58,346 nt of DNA, taken from positions 1-58,346 of IMG/VR virus record IMGVR_UViG_3300044655_000081. The stretch is one strand, 5' to 3'. Positions 28,401-38,708 of the stretch are shown here, in pieces; position 1 is the first letter of the stretch, and every line of letters starts with the position of its first letter. Position numbers and translations under genes: made by a program. Under the pieces are notes generated by a model. That model worked only from the letters and a program-made list of their open reading frames with translations. It was not told where the DNA came from and did not search any database. The DNA is from a virus (Duplodnaviria > Caudoviricetes).

Positions 28401-31400
28401 TCGTAGCAGATGTGATGATCAGGATTTGCTGCATCAGAGGTTGCGAAACTAGTGAATGTATCAACGAAGATACCATTCTTGAATCTATCGTTTCCGTTTT
28501 CGTCAAGAATTTTAAGATCAGCAGCAGCCTTCTCTAGTAGAGATAGACTGACATAGTTTTCTAAATTATCAACACGCTGCTTGATAACACCAATATCTCT
28601 CATGGTGTATCTTACATATGATGTTCTTCTAGAATAACATGCCAAGTCTGGTCTGCGAAGAATACTTGCATAGTTTGGTGATATTGATGGATATGGAGAT
28701 ACATATACTCTAGCACATGACATCAATTCTTCTGGGCAAACAGGAGTTACTGGCTTGGTTGATGGAGCACCCTTGATTACTCTGAATTGTCCACGAACGT
28801 CAACAGCAACAATATCAATTCTTCCTAGATATTTCTGATAATCAAACATCACTGGTTGAGATTCTGCTGGGATTCTAAGACCATTTGAGTCAGACTGGAA
28901 AGTTGTTGGTGCTGCTGTTGGATTTGTTGTTGCACCAGCAACGGTTGTTGCATCAGCAGCAGTATTTACATATACTGGTCTAAAGTCTAGATAGTTTCTG
29001 AGATCGAAACCAATGCCATAACCACTATAATTATAAAGTGGAATCTGGGCAGTTGTAATCTGGTCTGCTAGTGTGTTAACATCGTTAATTGGATAAGAGT
29101 CAACGGAGAAATAACCAACACCTAGTGTATAGTCTGGTTGGAAATAATCCAACTCAACTAGTAGATAAGTTCCTGATGCTAGAGCAGCCTTAGGTGTAAC
29201 ATAGCCATGACCATAGAAATCATTTCTCTGACCATCATCGATTTCGAAGTCACTTGTTACATTAGTTCCTTCAGAGGATGATGTGGAGAAGTCAGATGCT
29301 TTAGACCAAATGTTTTTGACTTTGAATACATCAGAGAAACCTATGTCATAAGGACCGGTCAAGCCATTAGGATGAGTACCACAATTAATCTTGATATATC
29401 TGCTTAACTTTAGGTGTTTAGCAACTTCTCTGGCACTTGATCTAGAAACTGTATATGATACAGTACCACTTCTGGATGAAACTAGTGATTCTTTAAGATC
29501 AAATGTTAATGAACTTGATGTGGCCACAACTTCTCTTTCCGCACCAGTGGCATATCCAACACCTGATAGATCAATCATGTCACCAGCGGTATAAACCTTA
29601 ACCATAGTGTCACTTGCTAGTGTCGGAAGATTCTGAGTAACAGTTAGAACAGTATCACTAGTAATATTATTGATGACATAAACACTACCTGGTGTTCCAG
29701 AGAAGCGTAGTTTATCACCAACGTTCAAACGTGTGAATTGTGTTGATGTACCTGTTAGAGTCTTGGTGCCACCACCAGATACAGTTGTACCTAGGATTGC
29801 GATATCAAATGATTCATTGATCGTCAAGAAAATGTCTTGCTTGTCTGCACTTGATAGTGTAGTAGATCCGTATGGGAAGAACTCTGTATCAACTGTTTCT
29901 GAAACAGCAAAGGTACCACCTGAGGTGATGGTAACATCCTTTGTTCTCTTGAATGAGAATGATGTATCAACAGTTCCGTCATACGATCTAATGTTCTTAA
30001 TGTCGGTTGAGCCGACATGATACAATAGAGGTACAGTTGATTCTTTGATAACTGCACTACCAGAAGATAGCACAACGTCAGCAACGACGTTTGCCGTTGA
30101 AACATTCTTTTTGAATACGCTTCTAACACTAGAGAACGCATTTGTTCCTAGCATGTTAACGTCCATTAGATGAACTCTGATTTCACCATTTGCTGTACCA
30201 AGTGAACCACTAGTTCCTCTTGAAAGTGATTTTACTTTAGCAGTACCGATTTTGGTACCAGTAGGACCACCGACTGAACCAACACCGCTAGAAACTCTGG
30301 CTTGTGCTGTGTTATAAAGATCGATTGGTGTGCCTAGATTTAGATTCCATGCACCAACTGCTTCTTTAACTGTAACATAATTACCTAGTTTAGAACTTAC
30401 AATCTGTCCATTGATATTAGCATATGTTGTCGCTTTTTCTGCAATGACATGAGTTGAACCATTGGTGTTAATCTCGTAACCCTTAACATATGCTTTACCC
30501 TTTTCGATCTGGTAAGCAAGTAGGTTAGAATCACCACCCTGATCTAGTTTTAGGTAACCGTCATTTGTTCCATTATTAAGATGTTCTTTAACAACAACGT
30601 TAAAACCAGAAACGTAATAGTCACCAGATTCATCACTGGTGCGTCTTGCTAATTCATCATTGACAATATTATATGTAGGACGTTCTGCAACCTCAGATAC
30701 GTTGCTATTTCTAATAATGAATAGATTAACGTAATTTGGTGGTGCAGCAGGATCATCAATTTCAAGTCTAGTTAGTGTTGGGATAATCTTAAAGCGATCA
30801 GCACCTGGTGCTGCATAATTAGATGATTCTAGTGCAGGATCAAGTAGTGTTGCGTCCTGTGATGCATCAACAATCTGTTCTGTCAATACGAATCCAACCT
30901 TACACGTTGGATTAGTTCCGTATCTATCAATAGCGACTGTCTGCTTTGTATGGTGAATGAAATGTTGCTTACAGAAACGAACACCTTCATTGATTGTGAA
31001 GATTGTTCCTAGACCGGTTGGCGCTGTATTACCAACAACTAGAGTGCCGACGTTTGCAATTAGTGGTTCGTTAGCAGCGAAAACAACTTCACCGGTGTTA
31101 GCATTACCTGAACTATAGGTAACATATAGTGTCTTTGGCTTGTCTGTACCTTCAGCACCGTCTAGGACGAGATTGACGGTTGCTTGAATGCCAGTTACCT
31201 GACCTGTTACTACTTGATTCTGAAATAGGCTAATATCAACGTCATTACCGTTTGTATCTTTATCACCGACTTTAATATAATTTGCACCGAAATCAATATT
31301 ATATTTACCACCAAGAACCATGCTTCCTTCTTTAAACATATGTTGACCAAACTTCTGAATCTGGTCCTGAAGCATAGACTGAATCTGTGTTAGTTCTCTT

Positions 31401-31561
31401 GATTGAACTGAGAAGCCAGGCTTGAATAGGATTCTGTGATAGTTTTTACCGTCGTCAAAATCATCATAATAAGGATTTACATTGAAGTTAGTAGTGATAG
31501 GGCTTACGTTTGAGTAGTAAAACTCATTGTTAGCATATACATCGGTGCCGTAATCAGCCAT
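25427..31561 (-). CDS. Large virion structural protein, DUF4815/VrlC-like
   Basis: NVNPYYDDFD..KNY.RILFKPG..VQ.RELTQ.QS.LQ.Q, APGADR, LARRT.DESGDY, YTMRDIG, RFKNG.FVD.F, C-terminal PR..DLRAIAL. Confidence 0.88.
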   Translation of the reverse strand: MADYGTDVYANNEFYYSNVSPITTNFNVNPYYDDFDDGKNYHRILFKPGFSVQSRELTQIQSMLQDQIQKFGQHMFKEGSMVLGGKYNIDFGANYIKVGDKDTNGNDVDISLFQNQVVTGQVTGIQATVNLVLDGAEGTDKPKTLYVTYSSGNANTGEVVFAANEPLIANVGTLVVGNTAPTGLGTIFTINEGVRFCKQHFIHHTKQTVAIDRYGTNPTCKVGFVLTEQIVDASQDATLLDPALESSNYAAPGADRFKIIPTLTRLEIDDPAAPPNYVNLFIIRNSNVSEVAERPTYNIVNDELARRTSDESGDYYVSGFNVVVKEHLNNGTNDGYLKLDQGGDSNLLAYQIEKGKAYVKGYEINTNGSTHVIAEKATTYANINGQIVSSKLGNYVTVKEAVGAWNLNLGTPIDLYNTAQARVSSGVGSVGGPTGTKIGTAKVKSLSRGTSGSLGTANGEIRVHLMDVNMLGTNAFSSVRSVFKKNVSTANVVADVVLSSGSAVIKESTVPLLYHVGSTDIKNIRSYDGTVDTSFSFKRTKDVTITSGGTFAVSETVDTEFFPYGSTTLSSADKQDIFLTINESFDIAILGTTVSGGGTKTLTGTSTQFTRLNVGDKLRFSGTPGSVYVINNITSDTVLTVTQNLPTLASDTMVKVYTAGDMIDLSGVGYATGAEREVVATSSSLTFDLKESLVSSRSGTVSYTVSRSSAREVAKHLKLSRYIKINCGTHPNGLTGPYDIGFSDVFKVKNIWSKASDFSTSSSEGTNVTSDFEIDDGQRNDFYGHGYVTPKAALASGTYLLVELDYFQPDYTLGVGYFSVDSYPINDVNTLADQITTAQIPLYNYSGYGIGFDLRNYLDFRPVYVNTAADATTVAGATTNPTAAPTTFQSDSNGLRIPAESQPVMFDYQKYLGRIDIVAVDVRGQFRVIKGAPSTKPVTPVCPEELMSCARVYVSPYPSISPNYASILRRPDLACYSRRTSYVRYTMRDIGVIKQRVDNLENYVSLSLLEKAAADLKILDENGNDRFKNGIFVDTFTSFATSDAANPDHHICYDPKEGSLRPICDVAQIGYDVYSNTNSVQVGNLVLLPHTEETIAEQPYATTFRNVETTVYKFLGKLFLSPDADYWVNTERLNAQKVYFGPTDEDITPYSVVYGAYESNVTGVTKSEPVLVSSTKVDNGWVLVGNNTTVISPAYSTSSIEPDFFVGWRLVERNYAAVTKTDTTYNNYVTTNDTYNYQTYTTTQLSRSMQETFQSIQTETHSLGDKVVNVAPIADIRPQTITLHAKGLKASTKHFVYFDGVLMNDYITPAAPALGILGVPSSLESSIGAITMNKLLWKDGTEGDKLYSDEDGNLYAILRLPADGSKTFRTGTKEVVVTDSPTNDKDATSAAMTHFYSQGTTQYKQDTVMSTGTIVTEVKNGIDYGPSSTTAVLNYANTSNTQLANVKVVTKNSGGGVSVNYPLAWMGSCMAYSFKLVSLYGDEGMFLSSVDVYFAGKDPVKGVWFEIRAMNNAGNITTVQVPYSEVFMTTSEVNVSDDGSVATNVKFKVPVFLMNNTEYAFVIHTQGINPNYYMYVSVLGDNDIITKKPVNERPLTGTLFTTNNNTDWDAVPRVDLKVKFNRAVFDTNVIGEVVLGNQTREFIELPDPGRSSANTSWFGEMINGNDTLGLSSPSRVIIVGDRVIGQTSGVNTSVVSISGGNYKVSGTGYTAGETVSFANANGTVYGTVTSTVLLKTTPTGEIYSSKSKLNVSNTTSLVLKDSNGLFTANDILTGILSSNTSSVGTISKYVYATTRFEPRYIDFNRTYLDFAMSTRSNTGIASDYIAVPPSTNIDYDNEMAIYSRSTEIGSYGSVPSNRVKVSLSTTSDYLSPVLDVGKTYSIYHRNLINANTAGETNASGGGLKNKYISQVVTLADGQDAEDLRIILSAYRPPSSNSDFIVYVRVSNAEDFEPIWQRQWIEVPLNSSVYSSLSNRKDWREYNFKLPSSMYSGTNDLGDPIVGYTNSVGTTFSGFKQFQIKIGLKSDSSAIFPRIADLRAIALQL

Positions 31562-31574
31562 TTAAATCGTCCTT

Positions 31575-32900
31575 TTAGAATTTCAGAATTATTTTGAAGT
31601 CCTCGACTTGATCGGAGGACCTCTGGATTGGTGATATATTGTTTATATATAGTAAGTTTCCGGTATAACGTTTCATTTCAGATGTTTCGACCGAACTCAA
31701 GAAACGTGAAGCGGTACTTGTTACACCATTAACCAATTCAGATGATGGTGTACCTCTTATATTTGACAGTTTTAGAATATTATTTGCAGAGTCCCATTCA
31801 ACAACATTTCCTGAAAAGGTCGATGCTGCTAGTGATAGTCCCTGATATACAACTTCATCCTCGATATAATCGACAGATGATCCATTCAATGTAATCTTTG
31901 TTAACTGACTGACCGCAGTATTAGACATTGTTTCTGTACCATCATAGATCAATGGATCTTCAAGCAATGTCACTTGTCTATAGTCATTAGTGGTGACAAT
32001 CTTACCACCTTCAGATGACTTAACTCTAGTATTGATCAATAGATTAGAACCACCAAGTTCGGTTAGCGGATCAGAACCATGTCCACCTCTAGGACTAATG
32101 ATTGCTCTAGCAACCGCACCAGAGCCAGTAGCAGATGAAACAGTAACATTTGCGTATGTATAATTGATACCAACGTCAGTCATGACGATTGATTCAACGA
32201 TATTTGATGTTGTGTTGCGAACTGCTATAGCAGCAGCATCAGAACCGTCACCAGAGATTATTATTGTGATATCGTTGCTTGTGTATGAAGAACCGTGATC
32301 GGTTAAAACGATGCTATGAATGCCACCTCTAACAGCATTATTCTGAACGCTCCACTGTAGAGAGCCGTCGTTCACTGTTAGTGTCTTAACCGGAATATAA
32401 TCATCGGTAACGAAACGTAGAATTTCTTCGTTAGATACGGTATACATATACTTCCAGATATAACCATCTTCTGTTTGAAAGTCTGTGGTTGTTAGAATTG
32501 AAATAGGCTTTGATGTTGATTGTGCACCATAGTTATTAGCGATACACTTATAAACATTCCAATCATCAGTGACAACAAAAAATTCATTAGTGTCTGACTT
32601 GAGAGTTTTTGAATCGAGCGAGTCATCATAAGCAGCATATACTGTTCCTGATGACCAATCAAATCTAGGTACAACATGTCTAATGTCATTACCGCTAATC
32701 TTCTTAGCAGCAATCATGTTATCCCACACACTATAATATGAGTCAACACTAGTGTCTGCCTGAACAGGAGATGCTTCATTTGCCCATGCGGTTGACTTAC
32801 CAAAAGTCAAATAGACGTTTGATGCTGTGGGTTCTGAAACAGATTCTTTAAACTGTTTAGCGTTGAATACTTGAAGATATTTTGAAAATACGGATGACAA
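31575..32900 (-). CDS. gp8: Baseplate wedge subunit gp8
   Basis: W..M.A.KKI, VVPR.DW.SG..Y, VYKCI.N, DGYIWKYMYT, GGHG.DP..ELG, I.RS.DQ.ED.KII..F; TTG start. Confidence 0.9.
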   Translation of the reverse strand: MSSVFSKYLQVFNAKQFKESVSEPTASNVYLTFGKSTAWANEASPVQADTSVDSYYSVWDNMIAAKKISGNDIRHVVPRFDWSSGTVYAAYDDSLDSKTLKSDTNEFFVVTDDWNVYKCIANNYGAQSTSKPISILTTTDFQTEDGYIWKYMYTVSNEEILRFVTDDYIPVKTLTVNDGSLQWSVQNNAVRGGIHSIVLTDHGSSYTSNDITIIISGDGSDAAAIAVRNTTSNIVESIVMTDVGINYTYANVTVSSATGSGAVARAIISPRGGHGSDPLTELGGSNLLINTRVKSSEGGKIVTTNDYRQVTLLEDPLIYDGTETMSNTAVSQLTKITLNGSSVDYIEDEVVYQGLSLAASTFSGNVVEWDSANNILKLSNIRGTPSSELVNGVTSTASRFLSSVETSEMKRYTGNLLYINNISPIQRSSDQVEDFKIILKF

Positions 32901-32923
32901 GTCGTTTCCTCTCTATTCTTTTA

Positions 32924-35900
32924 CTATTTATGCAATGACACATAAACGTCACCTGAGTTGTTCGGTAGCAGATTAGATAGATTGCTACTTACGACTACAC
33001 CAGTGTGCTTGACATTGTAGGTCGAACTATCAGTTATCTTATTGACAGTATAAACACCATTAGCAATGCTCTCAAGATTTCCTGAATCAAATAGCATATT
33101 AACTGTATTGCCTACGCTGAATCCATGTGATGATCTAGAAATACCAACATTGACATAACCTCTATAGACAGTAACTAGACCATTTGCAGATAGAACATTT
33201 GGTGTATTCAATGTCATCGATGATGAACTTGTTACGTTGACTGTATAATATCCATTTGATACGTTTGCTGTGTCACCAGTAATGAACCACATATAAACAG
33301 AATCATTAGAATTAAAATCATGATCTGTAATGTTTAGGGTAACATCTGATGTCTTATAGTTTAGACTACCACTAGAAGATACTGGATATCTCGTAGTGAT
33401 ATTGAATGTATTAACTGTGACATCGCTAACTGTGTATAGTGTGTTGGTGACGTTTCCTGTGTCGCCGCTATATGCATAGATGAATATAGGATCACCATTA
33501 GACAATTCATGTGATGTATCGGTGACTACAATCTGATTGAAATAAACATTAGCATTACCGGATAGAGAAGATGCTGATGCAATGTTTTTATGTTCAACTG
33601 TAAATTGTGTAGCGTTTGCTGATGTTACTGTATAGCGAGTATTAATAAGTGTAGTGTCGCTGGAGTTAAACTTTAGGTATACATTATCACTAGGAATTAG
33701 TCCAGTTGAATTGGCAAAGATTGTAACACTGGGATTGTTTATTGTTACATTACCGTTTGCTGGATATGCCTTCTTGACAATGTTTAACTTCTTACCAGAT
33801 AGTGAACCAGTTAGAGCGGGATATAGAACGATAGCATCGGTGTTATTTCCCACATACATTATCTGTGCATTAGATGAATCGACATATACAGTGTCACCAA
33901 CAGCAATAGCAACGTTGGAGTTCTGTGTCCATTGTGATAGTATTGCCCAAGAATTTGTAGCACCTGCACCGGTTGACAGTGTTAGGTTAGATGTGATCTG
34001 GCTGGTTGAATATAGTGCTGAATTGCCGTTTGCAATAGGAACGATAATATAATCTAGATTAGCACCACTAACAGTATAACTACCATTGACAACGTTTGAA
34101 TACATCGATGTGTGGAACTTTAGATATACATTATCACCTTTTACATAGCCATGACTGTTCGATTTAAGAACTAGATTTGAATCATATGAATTAAAGGTAC
34201 CAGTGGTTGATACTTGCACATTATAAGATGCCGGTACTATTCTAGGTGCATATGTGGCACCCTTAGTCGATACATTATATGTTCCCGACATTGTGATATC
34301 ATTAGTTGCAACCAAATATGTTGATAGTAGCAACTTAGTATTAGGAACAGCGGCCTCGGCAGAGAATACTGTAGTGACATTATTTGTATCTGTCAATAGA
34401 TAATGACCAAACAGTTTCATACCAGCAGGATGTGTTAGATCCTTGATTGATTTTCTATACTTGTTAATTGGTTCATCAACACGGATAACATAAGAGAAGT
34501 TCTGATAATAGTCTCTGTCTTGTAGGAAGTTATATGCACTCAAGAAACCGTCGTCGTTCAAGAAGCGACCAGGATAACTATATGCACCAGTAACGATTGA
34601 TGCGGTTGCAATGCCACCAGAACCAGCAGCCATATTGGCTAGATTGATAGTTGGTGTTGATGTATAACCAGTACCACCAGAGATTAGTTTTAATTCTAGA
34701 ATCTGACCATAGGTTACTGCCGATGCTACAAGTGTTTCACCATCACCGATAATAGATGTGACTTTGATATTAGCACCAGAACCTGATCCTGAACTTACTG
34801 TGATATTAGGGAAGTTTGCTTGATCGTATCCTGAACCACCGATAGTGTGACCCTGCATTTGTTTCCAATATACAGATGTAATAGAACCTGTGGCATTAAC
34901 TGCGGTTACATTAGCAGCAGCACCGACACCATAACAACCAATAGGATTGGTGAATACCAATTCATCACCAACAGAATAATCGATGCCACCGTCATATATT
35001 TCCATTCTACCAAGAATACCTAGAGAACGAATAGCAGTATTAGATCGAACGTCTAGTGATGGATTTGAAATATAATGATCACCAGTATTGATAACGTGAC
35101 TAAGTGTTACAGGACCACAGTTAGAGTAAGTCCAATATGACATTGAATTTTGTACCCATTGAGAATATGGGTTGACAATACTGCTGTTTAGATTTGAGTA
35201 GCGAACATTATTGATTGCTGTACCAGATTCAAGACTGATCAATGATTTCATAACTGAATATGAATTAGGATGATATGTTTCACTTTCATCAACGGTGAAT
35301 ACGTTTGCTGTAGCGTCAACACCACCACCGCCTGTGATTAGAACGGGGTTGCCGACTTTGAATCCTGCACCACCATATGCAACACCAATAGATGATAGAG
35401 AGCCTTTAGTGACAGATGAAATGATTACTTGTGCACCAGTTCCTCCACCACCCTCAACAGGAACAGATGAACCTTCAGTATAGCCTGATCCGCGTCCTGC
35501 TAGAGAGATGGAAGAAACAACACCAGAAAATAGAGTTCCTGATAGAAAGTAAGTTACCGCTTCTTCTTCATAAAAGCAGTATATCGTTTCACCGTCAATA
35601 AATGACTTATACTCATTAGATAGTTTGAGTTCTTTGACCAACTGTCCTTTATCGTAATATACATCTACTGCTTCTACGATAGCAGTTGCATCTGATGATT
35701 GTCCTTGAATTTTCTTGTTAACAAAGTTAGAATGTGCAGTTGAACTCGATACATTGTTAACCTGAACATTACCCAACTTAACTGATTTCTGAATGAACCA
35801 TTTACCATCTGAGGCTTTTAGAATGTCACGCTTTGGATAATAGAAACTGATTTCCTTGTTTAGTAGGATTCTCAATAGAAAGCGAACAGACTTTTCTGAA

Positions 35901-36196
35901 CCTCTAGCACGATAGAAGTCTTTAACATGCTTAGTGATTAGTGTTCTGTCTGCTTGAATGCCAGCAGGAAGTAATGAAATGAAATTATCATATAACTTCT
36001 CAATGAACTGATCTTCTGCATTGTCAATATCTTTGAACTTAGTAAAGTTCTTCGTTACGTTTAATGTCTGATTGTTTTGCTCTAGGAACTTATAATAGTC
36101 CTCTAGAAAGGCAACGAATGTCGTATGATCGTCTTTGACGAACTGTGGAACCTGTGATGAAACTAGATGTGATGTTTTGTTGTTTGATACAGACAT
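32924..36196 (-). CDS. gp7: Baseplate wedge protein gp7-like with C-terminal repeat domains
   Basis: QVPQFV..D...FV.FL..YY, K.FY..RGS..S..FL.R.L, YPK..ILK.SDG.W, QD..YYQ.FSYVI, HPAG.KLFG; lies between gp6 and gp8. Confidence 0.8.
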   Translation of the reverse strand: MSVSNNKTSHLVSSQVPQFVKDDHTTFVAFLEDYYKFLEQNNQTLNVTKNFTKFKDIDNAEDQFIEKLYDNFISLLPAGIQADRTLITKHVKDFYRARGSEKSVRFLLRILLNKEISFYYPKRDILKASDGKWFIQKSVKLGNVQVNNVSSSTAHSNFVNKKIQGQSSDATAIVEAVDVYYDKGQLVKELKLSNEYKSFIDGETIYCFYEEEAVTYFLSGTLFSGVVSSISLAGRGSGYTEGSSVPVEGGGGTGAQVIISSVTKGSLSSIGVAYGGAGFKVGNPVLITGGGGVDATANVFTVDESETYHPNSYSVMKSLISLESGTAINNVRYSNLNSSIVNPYSQWVQNSMSYWTYSNCGPVTLSHVINTGDHYISNPSLDVRSNTAIRSLGILGRMEIYDGGIDYSVGDELVFTNPIGCYGVGAAANVTAVNATGSITSVYWKQMQGHTIGGSGYDQANFPNITVSSGSGSGANIKVTSIIGDGETLVASAVTYGQILELKLISGGTGYTSTPTINLANMAAGSGGIATASIVTGAYSYPGRFLNDDGFLSAYNFLQDRDYYQNFSYVIRVDEPINKYRKSIKDLTHPAGMKLFGHYLLTDTNNVTTVFSAEAAVPNTKLLLSTYLVATNDITMSGTYNVSTKGATYAPRIVPASYNVQVSTTGTFNSYDSNLVLKSNSHGYVKGDNVYLKFHTSMYSNVVNGSYTVSGANLDYIIVPIANGNSALYSTSQITSNLTLSTGAGATNSWAILSQWTQNSNVAIAVGDTVYVDSSNAQIMYVGNNTDAIVLYPALTGSLSGKKLNIVKKAYPANGNVTINNPSVTIFANSTGLIPSDNVYLKFNSSDTTLINTRYTVTSANATQFTVEHKNIASASSLSGNANVYFNQIVVTDTSHELSNGDPIFIYAYSGDTGNVTNTLYTVSDVTVNTFNITTRYPVSSSGSLNYKTSDVTLNITDHDFNSNDSVYMWFITGDTANVSNGYYTVNVTSSSSMTLNTPNVLSANGLVTVYRGYVNVGISRSSHGFSVGNTVNMLFDSGNLESIANGVYTVNKITDSSTYNVKHTGVVVSSNLSNLLPNNSGDVYVSLHK

Positions 36197-38274
36197 TATT
36201 CAGGAATTACTTCTAGTTGGATGCTTTGATAATTGTTTTCATCAATAGCAATGATTCTATTTCTTGATGGATTAATAATGTCACTTGCAGGGATAACATT
36301 GACCGTCATAATGTCGTTGTCATAGAAGTCATTGATGCCAATTGCTTGTGGTAATAGAGAAGTGATTACAACTTTACCGGTTGTGTAGTCAATTGTTCCT
36401 ACATTTTCGTTAACGATAACTTTCTCACCGTTAGACTTATAGTAGAATGTTCTTAGAACACCGTTACGTGCTTCTAGAATTGCTTCAGCAGATGCTTCAG
36501 ACCCACCACCATCGGTGATTTGAACTGTTGCTCTGGTATAGTTAGTTCCTTTACTTGTCACCGTAATGCTGTAAATCTTATTACCAGCGATAGATGCAAC
36601 TGCTGAGGCACCAGAACCATCACCAATAATGGTTACAGTTGGTGCTGAGTCGAAATTCATACCAGGATTAATAATCTTGATTGAATCAATACCGGTGAAT
36701 GAATCAGGAACTTCTTCGATGAATACGTTTCTATAGACCATAGCATTGTCTAGAACTGTGATATATGGATAGGTGTATAGTTTTTCAAGATAAGCACCCT
36801 TCATAAGTTTTGTATTATAATTGATATAATAGTTCTTAGACTGCAAAGTTGTCAACTGAACACGCTTCTGCATATACACAACAATATCTGAGGCTGTGAT
36901 AGACTTTTCACAGTTCTCAATGTAGTATTGTAGTCTTGACTTTTTATACTTTGCTTTGAATGTGTTTAGTTCGTTGTTGCTATAGTTAATAATGGCCTGT
37001 CTAACGATTGCCTGGAGTTCTTCTCCGGTCTTAGTTGTTAGAGATGGATTATATGTAACCTTACCCTGAATCATTAAGAACACATAATCAGGATCTACGA
37101 TTTCAGGGATGATAGTTAGAACGTTTCTATTCTCAATTAGTGTATTCTTGATGCGTTCTTTCTCAAGATTAGAAAGAGCATAGAAGCCACGTGTCTTTAG
37201 TGATAGATAGACTTTGCCATAAACAACAGGATCATTATCTTCACCACCCCAAATAGAGACTGAATCGATATTATCGTAGTCTTTGGTGATTAGTGATTCA
37301 TAGTCGTTAACAGTTACGGCTCTGTTCTGTGCTGTGTAGTAATATGGCGCACGGAAACGAATCTTATCGATGTCTTCCTTGTCAACACCACCATATGATG
37401 TTTCTACAGTGGTAACAAGAACACTGTCTCTATAATTAGGACCGCCAATAGGATCAGTAAACTTAAACTTTGAAATGTTGTTTGAGACTGCACCAACTGT
37501 GTCGAGGTAAGTTGCAATAACAATATTACCGTCTTTTGGTCTATGACCTAGAACACCATCACCGAAGTAGATGGTATACTTGAGTTGATCATCTTCTTCA
37601 ACAAAGAATACTTTTGAATCACCAGAAATTTCTGTTAGATCAGCAGCAACCTTATATTCGATTGTGGTTGTATTAGATGACGATTCTTGAACAGTAACAA
37701 CAAGACTATCAGTATCAACATTAGCGGATGGAATCTGAAAGCGTCTTGATGTATTAATCGAGTCAACTAAGAATTGTTGTGTAACAACCTGCCCCTGTTT
37801 AATGAATACATTGGCAAAGTTAAATGAGCCAGCCGACTTGTGTGCGGTATTTGAATTAATAGTTACGAATGGGAAATTAACACCGTTCTTATCTTGTCCA
37901 ACTAGTCTTGTGTATTTGTCTAGTGTGATAACGTTTGTATCACGATCTTCTGTGGTAGATGGTGTTACGACAATGTTAACCTTAGATAATGAACCGTGTG
38001 CTGAACTAGGAACATAATTGATTAGTTTAGCATGTGAAAGGATATTGTTACGAACCTGTGCAGTATCTAGGAACGATTCATTAGCAGCCATGTTAAGATA
38101 GAAAGAGTTATAATATGTATTGTATGCAAGAACGTCCAATAGAACAGACATACCAGAACCGTCAAAATCGTAGTCAGTGAATGTGGACTGACTACGAAGA
38201 AAGTTTTTTAGATTTTCTTTAATCTTAAAGAAGTCTAGGTCTGCAACTTGGAGTGTGGTATTAGAAGTTGCCAT
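36196..38274 (-). CDS. gp6: Baseplate wedge subunit gp6
   Basis: LDF..IK.NLK.FL.SQ..F.DYDF.GS, LAYNTYYN, ESFLDTA, QNRAVT..DY, WGGED. Confidence 0.95.
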   Translation of the reverse strand: MATSNTTLQVADLDFFKIKENLKNFLRSQSTFTDYDFDGSGMSVLLDVLAYNTYYNSFYLNMAANESFLDTAQVRNNILSHAKLINYVPSSAHGSLSKVNIVVTPSTTEDRDTNVITLDKYTRLVGQDKNGVNFPFVTINSNTAHKSAGSFNFANVFIKQGQVVTQQFLVDSINTSRRFQIPSANVDTDSLVVTVQESSSNTTTIEYKVAADLTEISGDSKVFFVEEDDQLKYTIYFGDGVLGHRPKDGNIVIATYLDTVGAVSNNISKFKFTDPIGGPNYRDSVLVTTVETSYGGVDKEDIDKIRFRAPYYYTAQNRAVTVNDYESLITKDYDNIDSVSIWGGEDNDPVVYGKVYLSLKTRGFYALSNLEKERIKNTLIENRNVLTIIPEIVDPDYVFLMIQGKVTYNPSLTTKTGEELQAIVRQAIINYSNNELNTFKAKYKKSRLQYYIENCEKSITASDIVVYMQKRVQLTTLQSKNYYINYNTKLMKGAYLEKLYTYPYITVLDNAMVYRNVFIEEVPDSFTGIDSIKIINPGMNFDSAPTVTIIGDGSGASAVASIAGNKIYSITVTSKGTNYTRATVQITDGGGSEASAEAILEARNGVLRTFYYKSNGEKVIVNENVGTIDYTTGKVVITSLLPQAIGINDFYDNDIMTVNVIPASDIINPSRNRIIAIDENNYQSIQLEVIPE

Positions 38275-38278
38275 ATTA

Positions 38279-38683
38279 TTAACGAACCCTTTCTAGGAAT
38301 ATTGTTGTTAGGACTGGCTGCTCACGGTTCTTAATGACATACATCAGATTAACATTGAAACCATTTCTGTCTACATCAAGATCAACTTCAACATTTAAAA
38401 CAGATACTCTTGGTTCAAAGTTATTTATAACGTCTGTCACAGCAGTCTGTAGTTGATTAGCCGTAAACTGATCAGCGTTATTAAATAGTGTGTTACGAAT
38501 ATTTGATCCGATATATGATCTGAATGGACGATCATAATAGTTAGTGAAGATCAAGTTTCTGATTGATCTTTTAATAGCATCATCACCAGATTTAACAACC
38601 ACATCACTCGTAGTAGGGTGACGCAGGAAGTCTAAATCTAAATCTGTATAGTCGGGCTGACGATTGATAAATGACTTTGCCAT
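38279..38683 (-). CDS. gp25: Baseplate wedge subunit gp25
   Basis: Y.DLDL.F..HP, AIKRSI.NL..T...RPF....GS, I.NFEPRV, L.R.R C-terminus. Confidence 0.93.
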   Translation of the reverse strand: MAKSFINRQPDYTDLDLDFLRHPTTSDVVVKSGDDAIKRSIRNLIFTNYYDRPFRSYIGSNIRNTLFNNADQFTANQLQTAVTDVINNFEPRVSVLNVEVDLDVDRNGFNVNLMYVIKNREQPVLTTIFLERVR

Positions 38684-38708
38684 AGTAGTCCTTTTAGTAT
38701 TCCTTTAT

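Noticed and set aside
8226-35483. Many plus-strand ORFs (for example 8658-9245, 9531-10097, 14636-15196, 33654-34052) and alternate-frame minus ORFs
   Set aside because: Antisense or shifted-frame shadows of long Ala/Asn/Thr-rich genes, without SD sequences or recognisable motifs.
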